The translations under genes and the position numbers were made by a program. The notes below the pieces were generated by a model, which saw only the letters and a list, made by a program, of their open reading frames with translations, did not search any database and was not told where the DNA came from. A DNA stretch of 32,000 nt from Ktedonobacterales bacterium (GTDB lineage Bacteria; Chloroflexota; Ktedonobacteria; Ktedonobacterales; JADMIN01), in contig CP126532.1 of NCBI GenBank assembly GCA_030167145.1, positions 4,140,001 to 4,172,000 of the forward strand, given 5' to 3'. Numbering within the stretch: the first letter of the stretch is position 1; every line of letters starts with the position of its first letter. Of this stretch, positions 17,180-25,577 are shown in pieces.

Positions 17180-18061
17180 ATGAGGAAGAAGACGATGAGC
17201 ATGTCAGGCCAGACAGATGCGGCGGCCACTGACGCGCGGATACAGCTCGTAGACGAAAAGCTGGTGATGTTCGAGCGCATCGCGGACGAGTTTGCCGCGT
17301 GTTTCCACTACGTTCAAGATGTGCATGGCCAACGACGTTTCGATACATTTCCGGTCGCCCACTCAGTACGCTATCTACACGCGCTCTGGCTCTGCGAATG
17401 CAAAGATTTGCTGCTGAGCGTGCCAACGAGCATCGCGCGCTATGAGGGCACGTATTGCCTGGAACTGTTGCTTGGCTGGCAAGCAGGGGAAACCGCGCGG
17501 GTGGTGGCATTTCTGCATCGCAAGCTGGATATGGCGCCGCTAGTGGATCTGACAGAGCGAATCGAAGACGCTGTGCGTGGCGAAAATACCATGCTGGCGA
17601 AGCGGCTGATCCATGGGCGACGGGTGATGATGAATCGCAGCTTCAACCTCGACCTAGCGCTGGATGCGATCTTTGCCCTGGACCCCGCCCAGCTCATCGA
17701 GCGGGTAGCCGCAGCATGCGCAGACCTGGGGCACACGCCGGAACAAATCGAGTGGCAGCTTGCCGACATGCGCTCGCCGCTCAATGCGTTCGTACCGCAT
17801 CCGATGCTGGCACGGCGGAATATGATGCTGATGAATAGTTTGGGGGTGGCGATTAGCGACAATCCGGCAGATCGCCCTGGCGAGCGCACGGATCGCGTTG
17901 CGGTGACAACTCTGCCAACACGGCCCTATGCCGACACGGAGATCGCGGGAGCGACGACGTTGCTTTCGCTCGCTTCGAATGATCCCACACGCCGCGACTC
18001 ACGAGCGGTCGCGCATTTGTGGCCCGAGGGATGGGCGTGGCTGGGTCTGCCCGTTGGATAG
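17180..18061 (+). CDS. Hypothetical protein, 293 aa, with no family I recognise
   Basis: It is a long ORF with host-like codon periodicity. GAGG lies 7 nt upstream of the ATG. There are no TM segments and no known motifs. The 3' end overlaps the convergent kinase gene by 63 nt. Confidence 0.6.
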   Translation: MRKKTMSMSGQTDAAATDARIQLVDEKLVMFERIADEFAACFHYVQDVHGQRRFDTFPVAHSVRYLHALWLCECKDLLLSVPTSIARYEGTYCLELLLGWQAGETARVVAFLHRKLDMAPLVDLTERIEDAVRGENTMLAKRLIHGRRVMMNRSFNLDLALDAIFALDPAQLIERVAAACADLGHTPEQIEWQLADMRSPLNAFVPHPMLARRNMMLMNSLGVAISDNPADRPGERTDRVAVTTLPTRPYADTEIAGATTLLSLASNDPTRRDSRAVAHLWPEGWAWLGLPVG

Positions 18062-19012
18062 TTGGGCATCGCCGGGACGCACCGAGATCGGATGGGTAAC
18101 GTTGCCCGGCTCGGCTCCGCTTTGCGGAGGGGCAAGCTCGCCGCGCTCGCTCGTAGGAGTCTCGGCGAGCGTCACCTGAAGTGCGCGCAGGTCGGCGAGA
18201 AGCTCGCTGGCATGGCTGTAGCGCTGGCTGAGGTCGCGGGCCATCGCGTGGTTGATAATCGCTTCGAGTTCCGGTGGCACGGACGGCTCGATCTGCGTTG
18301 GCGGAATGGGTGTGGAAGAGAGTATCGCGCGGCTCATATCGGTAAGGTTTTGGCCGCGGAAGGGGCGCTGGCTGGTGACCATTTCGTAGAGGCTGACGCC
18401 GAGCGCATAGATGTCGGTGCGGCTGTCTATCGGCTGGCCGAGCAGTTGCTCTGGAGGAACATAGTACAGGCTGCCGACGACCGTGCCTGCACGGGTGATG
18501 CTTTGTAGCCCTTCAACGCGGGCCAGCCCGAAGTCGAGCATTTTGACGCGGCACCAGCGATCTACCATCAGATTTTCTGGCTTGATGTCGCGATGAATGA
18601 GGCGGCCTTCATCATGGGCGTATTGGAGCGCGTCGGCGGCTTGCGCCGCGATTTCGATGGCATAGCCCACCGCGAGCCGCCCGCGTTCCTTCAAGAGCCG
18701 CCCGACGGTGGTGCCAGCAAAGAACTCCATGACGAAGTAAATGTGCTGGCCCTGGCGGCCAGCCTCGTAGACACGAATGATGTTGGGGTGATGCAGGCGG
18801 GCGATAATGCGAGCTTCGCGCGTGAAGCGGGTGACGAAGCTCATGTCCGAGGCAAGGGCATCCAGCAGCACTTTGACTGCGAACGGCTTGCCCGAAGATA
18901 CCTGGCGGGCGTAATAGACAGCGCCCATGGAGCCACGCCCAAGCTCTCGCTCCAGGAGATAGTCGCCCAACTGCTGTCCGATCAGCGATTGCACGCCCCA
19001 CCACCCCTCCAT
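17999..19012 (-). CDS. Hanks-type serine/threonine protein kinase (soluble, short disordered tail)
   Basis: [11 protein letters not shown]...[22 protein letters not shown] and the APE-like YVPPEQ. The track ORF extends to GTG 19081. ATG 19012 is preferred because GGAGTA lies 9 nt upstream and the kinase domain starts about 15 aa later. Confidence 0.88.
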   Translation of the reverse strand: MEGWWGVQSLIGQQLGDYLLERELGRGSMGAVYYARQVSSGKPFAVKVLLDALASDMSFVTRFTREARIIARLHHPNIIRVYEAGRQGQHIYFVMEFFAGTTVGRLLKERGRLAVGYAIEIAAQAADALQYAHDEGRLIHRDIKPENLMVDRWCRVKMLDFGLARVEGLQSITRAGTVVGSLYYVPPEQLLGQPIDSRTDIYALGVSLYEMVTSQRPFRGQNLTDMSRAILSSTPIPPTQIEPSVPPELEAIINHAMARDLSQRYSHASELLADLRALQVTLAETPTSERGELAPPQSGAEPGNVTHPISVRPGDAQLSNGQTQPRPSLGPQMRDRS

Positions 19013-19114
19013 GTGCGCGGATACTCCGGCTCGTTCTCGTTCGGCTCTGCCATTGTAACGTGAGTCGTGGCGCGATGTCACGAAAACCGGACTCTCGGAC
19101 AGCAGCGGAGTGGG

Positions 19115-19957
19115 TTACTGGCCCTTTTTGCGCAGTGCCTCCAGCACTGCTGGGTCAAGTTTGCTGCTCTGCTCGGCAGTTGGGAAGGCGCGCTCGCGCA
19201 CCTCACGCATATAACTAGACGCCGCTTCGTGTATCGCGGTTCCCAGCTCGGCGTAGCGTTTAGTATGGCGTGGGGTGAAGTCGGGGAAGAGGCCCAGAAT
19301 GTCGTGCAGCACCTGCACCTCGCCGTCGCAGCCTGGTCCCGCACCGATGCCGATGGTGGGTATGGAGGTGCGCTCTGTCACCAGCCGGGCGAGTTCGGCT
19401 GGCACGAGTTCCAGCACAACCGCGAAGACGCCCGCCTCTTCGAGGGCAGCGACATCGGCCAGCAGGGCGCGGGCGGCGCTTTCCGTCTTGCCCTGCACTT
19501 TGAAGCCACCGAACACGTTGACGGATTGCGGGGTCATGCCGACATGGCCCATCACCGGAATGCCCGCTGCGGTGAGCGCGCGGATGGCTGGCGCGCTGCG
19601 GGTACCGCCCTCTAGCTTGACTGCCTGGGGCTGCGCCTCTTTCATGACGCGGACGGCATGGCGCATGGTCTCCTCGGGGCTGACCTGAAACGCGCCGAAA
19701 GGGAGATCGGCGACGACCAGCGCATGCGATGAGCCGCGCACGACGGCCTGGGTATGGCGGATGATATCGTCGAGCGTGACGGGCAGGGTCGAGTCGTAGC
19801 CAAGCATGACCATCCCCATGCTATCGCCGACGAGCAGCATCGGTAGTCCGGCGGTATCGAGAATCTTGGCCGTGGCATAATCGTAGGCGGTGAGCATGGG
19901 AATCCGCTCAGCATGGGTCTTCATCTGGCGAATCTGATCGGGGGTCACGCGCGCCAT
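19115..19957 (-). CDS. panB: 3-methyl-2-oxobutanoate hydroxymethyltransferase (ketopantoate hydroxymethyltransferase)
   Basis: 280 aa. IPMLTAYDYATAKILDTAGLPMLLVGDSMGMVMLGYDSTLPVTLDDIIRHTQAV and VKLEGG are typical PanB motifs. Confidence 0.95.
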   Translation of the reverse strand: MARVTPDQIRQMKTHAERIPMLTAYDYATAKILDTAGLPMLLVGDSMGMVMLGYDSTLPVTLDDIIRHTQAVVRGSSHALVVADLPFGAFQVSPEETMRHAVRVMKEAQPQAVKLEGGTRSAPAIRALTAAGIPVMGHVGMTPQSVNVFGGFKVQGKTESAARALLADVAALEEAGVFAVVLELVPAELARLVTERTSIPTIGIGAGPGCDGEVQVLHDILGLFPDFTPRHTKRYAELGTAIHEAASSYMREVRERAFPTAEQSSKLDPAVLEALRKKGQ

Positions 19958-20120
19958 GGGGACACCTCCCTGGAAAGTAGCCGCCCATCGGGGCAGGGGC
20001 AGAAGCGAAGCGCCTTGCTGTCTTCCTATTGTACGCGCTGCCCGCCGCTCGCGGCTATGGGGTGAGGTAGTGAGCAGCGGAACAGGAACAGGAACGACCC
20101 ACGCCGAGGATGGCGAAGAT

Positions 20121-20149
20121 TGGCGGAGAGATGATGTTGCGAACCCGCA
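20121..20149 (-). other. Degenerate tRNA-Ser 3'-end-like remnant (possible old att or duplication scar)
   Basis: The plus strand reads TGGCGGAG-N11-CGAACCCGC. The 8-mer is identical to the 3' acceptor/CCA end of tRNA-Ser(GGA) at 23358-23365. The 9-mer is identical to the T-arm of tRNA-Ser(CGA) at 23525-23533. The 11-nt spacing matches the tRNA genes. The reverse complement ends in CTCTCCGCCA, a Ser-type acceptor end. Confidence 0.3.
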
Positions 20150-20268
20150 TCGCTAGCAGTGGCACTGGACTTGCCAGCAGAGCAATGGCGGCACACACCC
20201 CGCTGGAGGCGGGCGAGAGTACTCCAGACTGTCATGTGTCTGCGAGACAAGTAAGGAGCATATACAGC

Positions 20269-20832
20269 ATGAGCACATTGGTTGCGGTTTCCTACCCAGA
20301 CATCAACAAAGCCGAACAGGTGGTCGAGACATTGCGGCAGATGCAGAGCGAGTATCTGATTGACCTGGACGACGCGGTGTACGTCACCAAGGACGCGCAG
20401 GGAAAGGTGAAGCTGCATCAGTCTGTAAATCTGGTGGGCGCGGGCGCGGGTGGCGGCGCGCTGTGGGGCGGTCTGTGGGGCTTGCTGATCGGCGCGCTGG
20501 TGCTGCAACCTATCGCGGGCGCGGCTATCGGCGCGGGCATCGGCGCGGGAACAGGGGCTATCGCGGGCAGCCTGACCGACTACGGGGTGGACGATAATTT
20601 CATCAAGCAACTCGGCGCGAATCTCACGCCCAATAGCTCGGCGATGATCATTCTTGTGCGCCGGGCCACCACGGACAAGGTGATACCGGAAATTAGCAAA
20701 TATGGCGGCACGATCATTCAATCCTCACTTTCGACCGAGAATGAGGCCAAGCTGCAAGCCGCCCTCGCCCAGACACCGCCGCCGACAACGGGCGCAATGG
20801 GCACAGGCGCAGGCACAGCCGCAAATCCGTAA
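20269..20832 (+). CDS. DUF1269-family membrane protein
   Basis: Track ORF 20110..20832 trimmed to ATG 20269, with AAGGAG 10 nt upstream. MSTLVAVSYPDINKAEQVVETLRQMQ...LDDAVYVTKDAQGKVKLHQS, then a Gly-zipper TM core, then DYGVDDNFIKQLGANLTPNSSAMIILV. Confidence 0.75.
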   Translation: MSTLVAVSYPDINKAEQVVETLRQMQSEYLIDLDDAVYVTKDAQGKVKLHQSVNLVGAGAGGGALWGGLWGLLIGALVLQPIAGAAIGAGIGAGTGAIAGSLTDYGVDDNFIKQLGANLTPNSSAMIILVRRATTDKVIPEISKYGGTIIQSSLSTENEAKLQAALAQTPPPTTGAMGTGAGTAANP

Positions 20833-20855
20833 ACAAGGCGAACGCCTCGGCAACC

Positions 20856-20901
20856 ACAGTTTCACGGGGATAGCCTCTCCCGGCCATCTCTGTGAAACTG
20901 T
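20856..20901 (+). other. Long AT-rich-stem hairpin between the DUF1269 gene and the next gene
   Basis: ACAGTTTCAC (20856-20865) pairs perfectly with GTGAAACTGT (20892-20901). The 26-nt loop has an internal GGGA/TCCC pairing. TTTG follows the stem. Confidence 0.35.
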
Positions 20902-20949
20902 TTGTCTGGCGGTGACATCAACGCGCCAACGTACACGAGGAGGCGCCAG

Positions 20950-21453
20950 ATGAAACGACCGGTTGGCGTCATCATTATCGGTGTGCTGCTGCTTGTGCAG
21001 GGGGTGGCGCTAGCTCTGCTGACGATTCCATTGTTGGCCTTGCAAGGGGTGAACATCTTCGGTGCGCTCTCAGCCGACCTTGCTCAGCCACTTCGCCAGT
21101 TGCGCATTGGTGACTGGCTGGCCCTTGGTGTTGTCGCCTTGATTGCGGTTGGTTCAGTTGTGGCCAGCATTGGTATGTTGCGGCTGCGGCCCTGGGCGTG
21201 GCTCATAGCCATGATACTGCAAGCCGTCACCCTGGTGGAGTTGTTATTTGCCTATTTCGCCGGGCAGCCGAACTATTTGAGCATGTTGCTCGGCGCAGGT
21301 ATCGTACTATATCTCAACACCCGAAGCGTGCGGCAGGCTTTCGAGTTGGCACAGCGCCGCGCGGGGTTTGGCACGACTGGCACTCCGACGAGCGCGAGAA
21401 CGCGGGATGAAGCGCGGGAACCAGGGCGGCGCCCTACACTGGCGCCGCAATAG
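20950..21453 (+). CDS. Four-TM membrane protein, unknown function
   Basis: Track ORF 20902..21453 trimmed to ATG 20950, with GAGGAGG 7 nt upstream. MKRPVGVIIIGVLLLVQGVALALL is followed by three further hydrophobic helices. The tail is basic and disordered. Confidence 0.6.
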   Translation: MKRPVGVIIIGVLLLVQGVALALLTIPLLALQGVNIFGALSADLAQPLRQLRIGDWLALGVVALIAVGSVVASIGMLRLRPWAWLIAMILQAVTLVELLFAYFAGQPNYLSMLLGAGIVLYLNTRSVRQAFELAQRRAGFGTTGTPTSARTRDEAREPGRRPTLAPQ

Positions 21454-21476
21454 CGCGCTAGAAAAGGATCGGCGTG

Positions 21477-23318
21477 ATGGAGGCGCTCACACCAGAGGAC
21501 CTTGCGTTATTGCGGCGCTTCGAGCCAGTGCTGATCTTCAACAAAGGCGAGCAGTTCTACCCCATGGATGTGGACCGCTATCTGGCGGGCGCGCTCCTCT
21601 GCGTGCGGCGGCCCGATAGCTCGGTCGAGACGCTGATTCCGCGCGGCAAGCTCACTGGCGAGGTGCTGGCGCAGATGCTGGTGCGCGAAACAGAGCCAGA
21701 TGCCACCTATTATCTGAGCGTCGCCGATAGCGTTTCCGCCGCAGAGGTCCGCGCGTTTCGTCGCACGTCCACACTGCGCGAGTTTCGTCCAGGGCCAGGG
21801 CGGCTGGTGCGGGTTGGCATCTCCGCGCGTATCTTTGATGTGCTCTTCTCGCTATCGCTGCTGCTGCGCGGCAGAGCGCCGGGCGGGCTGGCGGCGGGGG
21901 CGGCGGAACACTATCATGCGCTTCAGGCGCGGGAGGAACGCTATTGCTATTACGGCCGGGTGATTCGTGAGCACGGCTATATCGCGTTGCAGTACTGGTA
22001 TTTCTACGCCTTTAACGATTGGCGCGCATCGTTTCATGGCGTCAACGACCATGAGGCTGATTGGGAGAACGTCATCATCTATCTGGCGCAAGATCAGCAG
22101 GGCGCGGTACAGCCCTACTGGTTGGCGTATTCAGCGCACGACAGCGATGGCGACGATCTGCGCCGCCGCTGGGATGATCCGGGACTGGAACGCACGGGCG
22201 AGCATGCGCATGTCTATGCGGGGGCAGGCTCACACGCGAACTATTTCTTTCGTGGCGAGTATATGCCCGCCGTCGTCGTGCCGTATACCGAACAACTGGC
22301 GCGTATGCAGCACGCGCTGGTGCGCTTCTGGGCACGACTGGGCCAGGGCGACGATCCTGGTCCCTTTCGTGAGGGCGATGGCTTCCGTATTCCATTCGTG
22401 GATTATGCGCGCGGCGATGGGCTGCGCATTGGTCCAGGGGAGAAACGCACCTGGGAGATGCAGGTGCTGCAAGCGACGGAGAACGTGCCGGCGCCACCGT
22501 GGGTGGACGGTTACCAGGGACTGTGGGGCTTCTATACCGGCGGACCGCTGGGCGAGAATGCGCCGCCTGGCCCGAAATATGAGCGCAATGGCATGCAGCG
22601 TCTGCGTTGGTACGATCCCACGGGCTGGTGCGGTCTGGACAAAGTGCCGCCACCGGCGCAGGCGCTCGACGCATTACGCGAGCAGCAGCAGCGTCTGCGG
22701 CACGAACACGACGACCTCTCGCAGCAGTGCGACGAGCAGGCGGACCGGGTGGCAGGTTTGGAGCTAGAGGCGACTGCGGTGAGCGATGCGCTCTCGGCGC
22801 GGGCGCGGCATGATTTGCTGCAAGAGCGCATCCAGAAGGCGCGAGCGGAGTTGGAGCGGCTGAAGGCAGACCGTGCCGCGAATGAGATTGCCCAGGAGAG
22901 TTGCGCGATCTATGCGATACGGCTGGCCGCTGGCGATTTTGGTGATCCGCGCGCCCATCTGCACCGTCCGGCGCTGCCTTCCAGTACAGCGGATGTACGG
23001 CTCGGCAAGATTGCGGCGATCTGGAGCGCGGTGAGTATTGGCGTGTTGCTGTTGTGTTTCGCCGCGCTGGCGCAGTTCTCGCACAATCTCGGCTCAGGCG
23101 CAGTGGTGCTCTTTGGTGTCTACGGATTCTTTGAGGCGATCTTCCACCGCAATTTGCGGCGGCTGATCGAGCGGGTGACGGTTGCGCTGGCGATATTCAC
23201 GGTGCTGCTGCTGGTGATCACATTTTTCCGTCCGCTGCTGCTGGCGCTGGTGGTACTGATCGGGCTGTTCATCATCATGGAGAATGTGCGGGAACTGCTG
23301 GCGCAACGGGTGCGGTAG
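21477..23318 (+). CDS. Vps62/DUF946-like domain protein with a coiled coil and a C-terminal three-helix membrane anchor
   Basis: The start is ATG 21477, or GTG 21474 as in the track. N-terminal FEPVLIFNKGEQFYPMDVDRYL. Core YIALQYWYFYAFNDWRASFHGVNDHEADWENVIIYL and HAHVYAGAGSHANYF resemble the Vps62/DUF946 pattern. A heptad-like, charge-rich segment spans aa ~395-475. Hydrophobic helices span aa ~512-602. Confidence 0.7.
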   Translation: MEALTPEDLALLRRFEPVLIFNKGEQFYPMDVDRYLAGALLCVRRPDSSVETLIPRGKLTGEVLAQMLVRETEPDATYYLSVADSVSAAEVRAFRRTSTLREFRPGPGRLVRVGISARIFDVLFSLSLLLRGRAPGGLAAGAAEHYHALQAREERYCYYGRVIREHGYIALQYWYFYAFNDWRASFHGVNDHEADWENVIIYLAQDQQGAVQPYWLAYSAHDSDGDDLRRRWDDPGLERTGEHAHVYAGAGSHANYFFRGEYMPAVVVPYTEQLARMQHALVRFWARLGQGDDPGPFREGDGFRIPFVDYARGDGLRIGPGEKRTWEMQVLQATENVPAPPWVDGYQGLWGFYTGGPLGENAPPGPKYERNGMQRLRWYDPTGWCGLDKVPPPAQALDALREQQQRLRHEHDDLSQQCDEQADRVAGLELEATAVSDALSARARHDLLQERIQKARAELERLKADRAANEIAQESCAIYAIRLAAGDFGDPRAHLHRPALPSSTADVRLGKIAAIWSAVSIGVLLLCFAALAQFSHNLGSGAVVLFGVYGFFEAIFHRNLRRLIERVTVALAIFTVLLLVITFFRPLLLALVVLIGLFIIMENVRELLAQRVR

Positions 23319-23357
23319 CGCGGATTGGGGACGAGCGAGGAGAGGTGGAGAGAAGGA

Positions 23358-23447
23358 TGGCGGAGGAGGTGGGATTCGAACCCACGGTGCCCTTTCGGAC
23401 ACACGCGATTTCCAGTCGCGCCCACTAGGCCTCTATGGGACTCCTCC
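23358..23447 (-). tRNA. tRNA-Ser (anticodon GGA), class II with long variable arm, CCA encoded
   Basis: Acceptor GGAGGAG/CTCCTCC plus G-CCA. Anticodon stem CGCGA/TCGCG with loop CTGGAAA. Variable arm GTGTCC-GAAA-GGGCAC. T-arm GTGGG-TTCGAAT-CCCAC. Confidence 0.9.
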
Positions 23448-23452
23448 GTGCG

Positions 23453-23510
23453 GCCTGATGTACAGAATGATATGGCGAGCAGCGGGCTGCTCGCCACGAG
23501 GCCATCAGGC
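23453..23510 (-). other. Extended hairpin filling the tRNA-tRNA spacer
   Basis: Inner 10-bp stem GGCGAGCAGC (23474-23483) / GCTGCTCGCC (23486-23495). Outer 8-bp helix GCCTGATG (23453-23460) / CATCAGGC (23503-23510). The outer helix reaches the discriminator base of the upstream tRNA. Confidence 0.45.
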
Positions 23511-23597
23511 GGAAGGGGCGGGATTCGAACCCGCGGTGCCCTATTCAGGCACACCGCTTTTCGAGAGCGGCACCATAAACCACTCGGACACCCTTCC
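23510..23597 (-). tRNA. tRNA-Ser (anticodon CGA), class II, CCA not encoded
   Basis: Acceptor GGAAGGG/CCCTTCC with discriminator G, followed by CCT rather than CCA. D-arm TCCGAGTGGTTTATGG. Anticodon stem CCGCT/AGCGG with loop CTCGAAA. T-arm GCGGG-TTCGAAT-CCCGC. Confidence 0.9.
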
Positions 23598-23647
23598 GCC
23601 GCGCAGTATATCATGGTTGGGGCGGTCGCGCAAGGCTTTTGGCTGAG

Positions 23648-24304
23648 CTATTCGCGTCCGGCCCCATATTTGTTGGCGATGGCGACGGCTTCAGTGCGAT
23701 TGCCCGCGCCCAGCTTGGTGAGGATGGCGCTGACGTGAAACTTGACGGTGCGCTCGGTCACGACGAGTTCGGCGGCGATTTCTTTGTTCTGCAGGCCGCG
23801 CATCAGCAGACGCAGTACGTCATGTTCGCGCAAGGTGAGCGAGCGTAGCCCATGATGCGTCTCGCCCTCCTCGCTCACCTGTTTCAGCAGCCGCGAAGCG
23901 ACGATAGGTTGTAAGAGCGAGTTGCCCGCATGCACCACACGGATCGCCGCGAAGATTTCATCGCGCGGCGCGCCTTTGAGCAGATAACCCTGCGCGCCTG
24001 CCCGCACGGCGGCCAGAATGCGGTCGTCGGTATCAAAGGCAGTGAAGACGATGACGCGCGTGGGCGCATCCACTTCTCGCAACCGCCGCAAGGCTTCGAC
24101 GCCATCCATTTCGGGCATCTCTAGGTCCAGCAGCGCGACATCGGGGTGTATCCCTTCTACCTGCCGCAGCACTTCGGTTCCCGTACTTGACTCAGCCACC
24201 ACCGTGAAATCTGGCTGGGTACGCAGAATCGCGACGAGGCCATCGCGCACGACGGGGTGATCGTCGGCGACGAGAATACGTATGGGATACGTTGGCGTGG
24301 TCAT
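23648..24304 (-). CDS. NarL/LuxR-family response regulator
   Basis: REC domain ([13 protein letters not shown]...[14 protein letters not shown]...KGAPRDE) plus a C-terminal LuxR HTH ([44 protein letters not shown]). Confidence 0.92.
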   Translation of the reverse strand: MTTPTYPIRILVADDHPVVRDGLVAILRTQPDFTVVAESSTGTEVLRQVEGIHPDVALLDLEMPEMDGVEALRRLREVDAPTRVIVFTAFDTDDRILAAVRAGAQGYLLKGAPRDEIFAAIRVVHAGNSLLQPIVASRLLKQVSEEGETHHGLRSLTLREHDVLRLLMRGLQNKEIAAELVVTERTVKFHVSAILTKLGAGNRTEAVAIANKYGAGRE

Positions 24305-25482
24305 TTTTTCTCCGTCAGCGGTATGCCAATCTCCAGCCGCGTGCCTGCGCCTGGGCTGCTCTCCAGGCGCAGCGTGCCGCCAAGTAGCTTGGCGCGTTCA
24401 TTCAGCCCGATCAGTCCGTAGCGTCCACCATTACGCGGCTCGTTGGTGTCGAAGCCGCGCCCGTTGTCCTCCACGAGCAACCGGATGCGCTCGGGAACGG
24501 ATTCCAGGCGTAATGTCACCGTGGTCGCGTCAGCGTGATGACTCACGTTGGTCAATGCCTCCTGCGCCATACGATAGAGGCCGTTCTCGATGCGCACAGG
24601 CAGTGGGCGGCTCTCGCCGATGGTCTCTACGCGCACAGGCGGATTGCCCTGTGCGGTCCACTGGCAGGCCAGCTCGCGCAGAGCCTCTGGCAGGGTTCGC
24701 CCTTCGAGGGGAGCGGCGCGCAGATCATGAACGGAACGGCGCGTCTCTTCTAGATTCGCGCGGGTGAGCGCCAGCGCCTGACGCACAATGCGCTGGACAC
24801 GCTGCGGGTCGGATTCGGCGTCGAGGAGGGCGTCGGCGGTTTCCAGTTGCAGGCTGACGCCCGCGAGGCCCTGCGCGATGGTATCATGCAGTTCGCGGGC
24901 GAGGCGGCTGCGCTCCTCGAACGCGCCGAGCCGCGCGCTCTGCGCGAAGAGCCGGGCACGCTCGATGGCGATGCCTAGCATATCGCCGACGGTATAGAGC
25001 AAGCGCAGATCGTCGGCGCTCAGTTCACGCCAATCGGCGCTGGCGACGTTCAAGACGCCGAGTTTTTTGCCGTGGGCATAGAGCGGAATGCTGGCGTGGT
25101 AGCGTAGGCCGTTGGTATCATCCACCAGGCCGCTGAGGCGACTGCACTTGACGACGTTGACGTTGGCCGCACCGGCGAGGTCGCCCTCGCGGTAGGTATC
25201 AAGGCAGTAGCACGAGCCAGTCATGCGGCGCGGATTCTTGGTGAGCGCTTTGGGCAGGTTCTGGGCCGCACCAAGGTAGGACTGGCCAGTCTCTTCGTCT
25301 AGCAGCCAGATCCAGCCAGTCTCCAGCCCCAGGAGTTCCGCGACCTGGGCAAGCGCTGCCTGCAGCGCTTCGCCCATCTCGACCGAGCGATTCAGCGCCT
25401 GAGCAATGATGTTGAGGATGGATAGCTCACGATTGAGCGAGCCGAGCCGTTGCGTATCGGACTTGTTGTCGCCCACGCGCAT
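24301..25482 (-). CDS. Cytoplasmic GAF-domain sensor histidine kinase (HisKA_3/NarX-DesK type)
   Basis: The N-terminal GAF-like region contains [10 protein letters not shown]-box: [14 protein letters not shown]. HATPase_c: [11 protein letters not shown]...VEDNGRGF...[14 protein letters not shown]. The stop overlaps the response regulator start (ATGA at 24301-24304). Confidence 0.9.
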   Translation of the reverse strand: MRVGDNKSDTQRLGSLNRELSILNIIAQALNRSVEMGEALQAALAQVAELLGLETGWIWLLDEETGQSYLGAAQNLPKALTKNPRRMTGSCYCLDTYREGDLAGAANVNVVKCSRLSGLVDDTNGLRYHASIPLYAHGKKLGVLNVASADWRELSADDLRLLYTVGDMLGIAIERARLFAQSARLGAFEERSRLARELHDTIAQGLAGVSLQLETADALLDAESDPQRVQRIVRQALALTRANLEETRRSVHDLRAAPLEGRTLPEALRELACQWTAQGNPPVRVETIGESRPLPVRIENGLYRMAQEALTNVSHHADATTVTLRLESVPERIRLLVEDNGRGFDTNEPRNGGRYGLIGLNERAKLLGGTLRLESSPGAGTRLEIGIPLTEKK

Positions 25483-25577
25483 ACGCCTCGCTTTCCTGGC
25501 CAGGATGTCGCTTCTCTACAGATTATATCCCCTCGAAGCGCACAGCCACCGGAACGAGGTAGCGAGCAGCAATGTAC

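Noticed and set aside
20079-20095. Short tandem repeat (GGAACA)x2.5 in the panB/DUF1269 intergenic region.
   Set aside because: It is too short and is isolated. There is no array structure and no spacer-repeat organisation, so it is not CRISPR-like.
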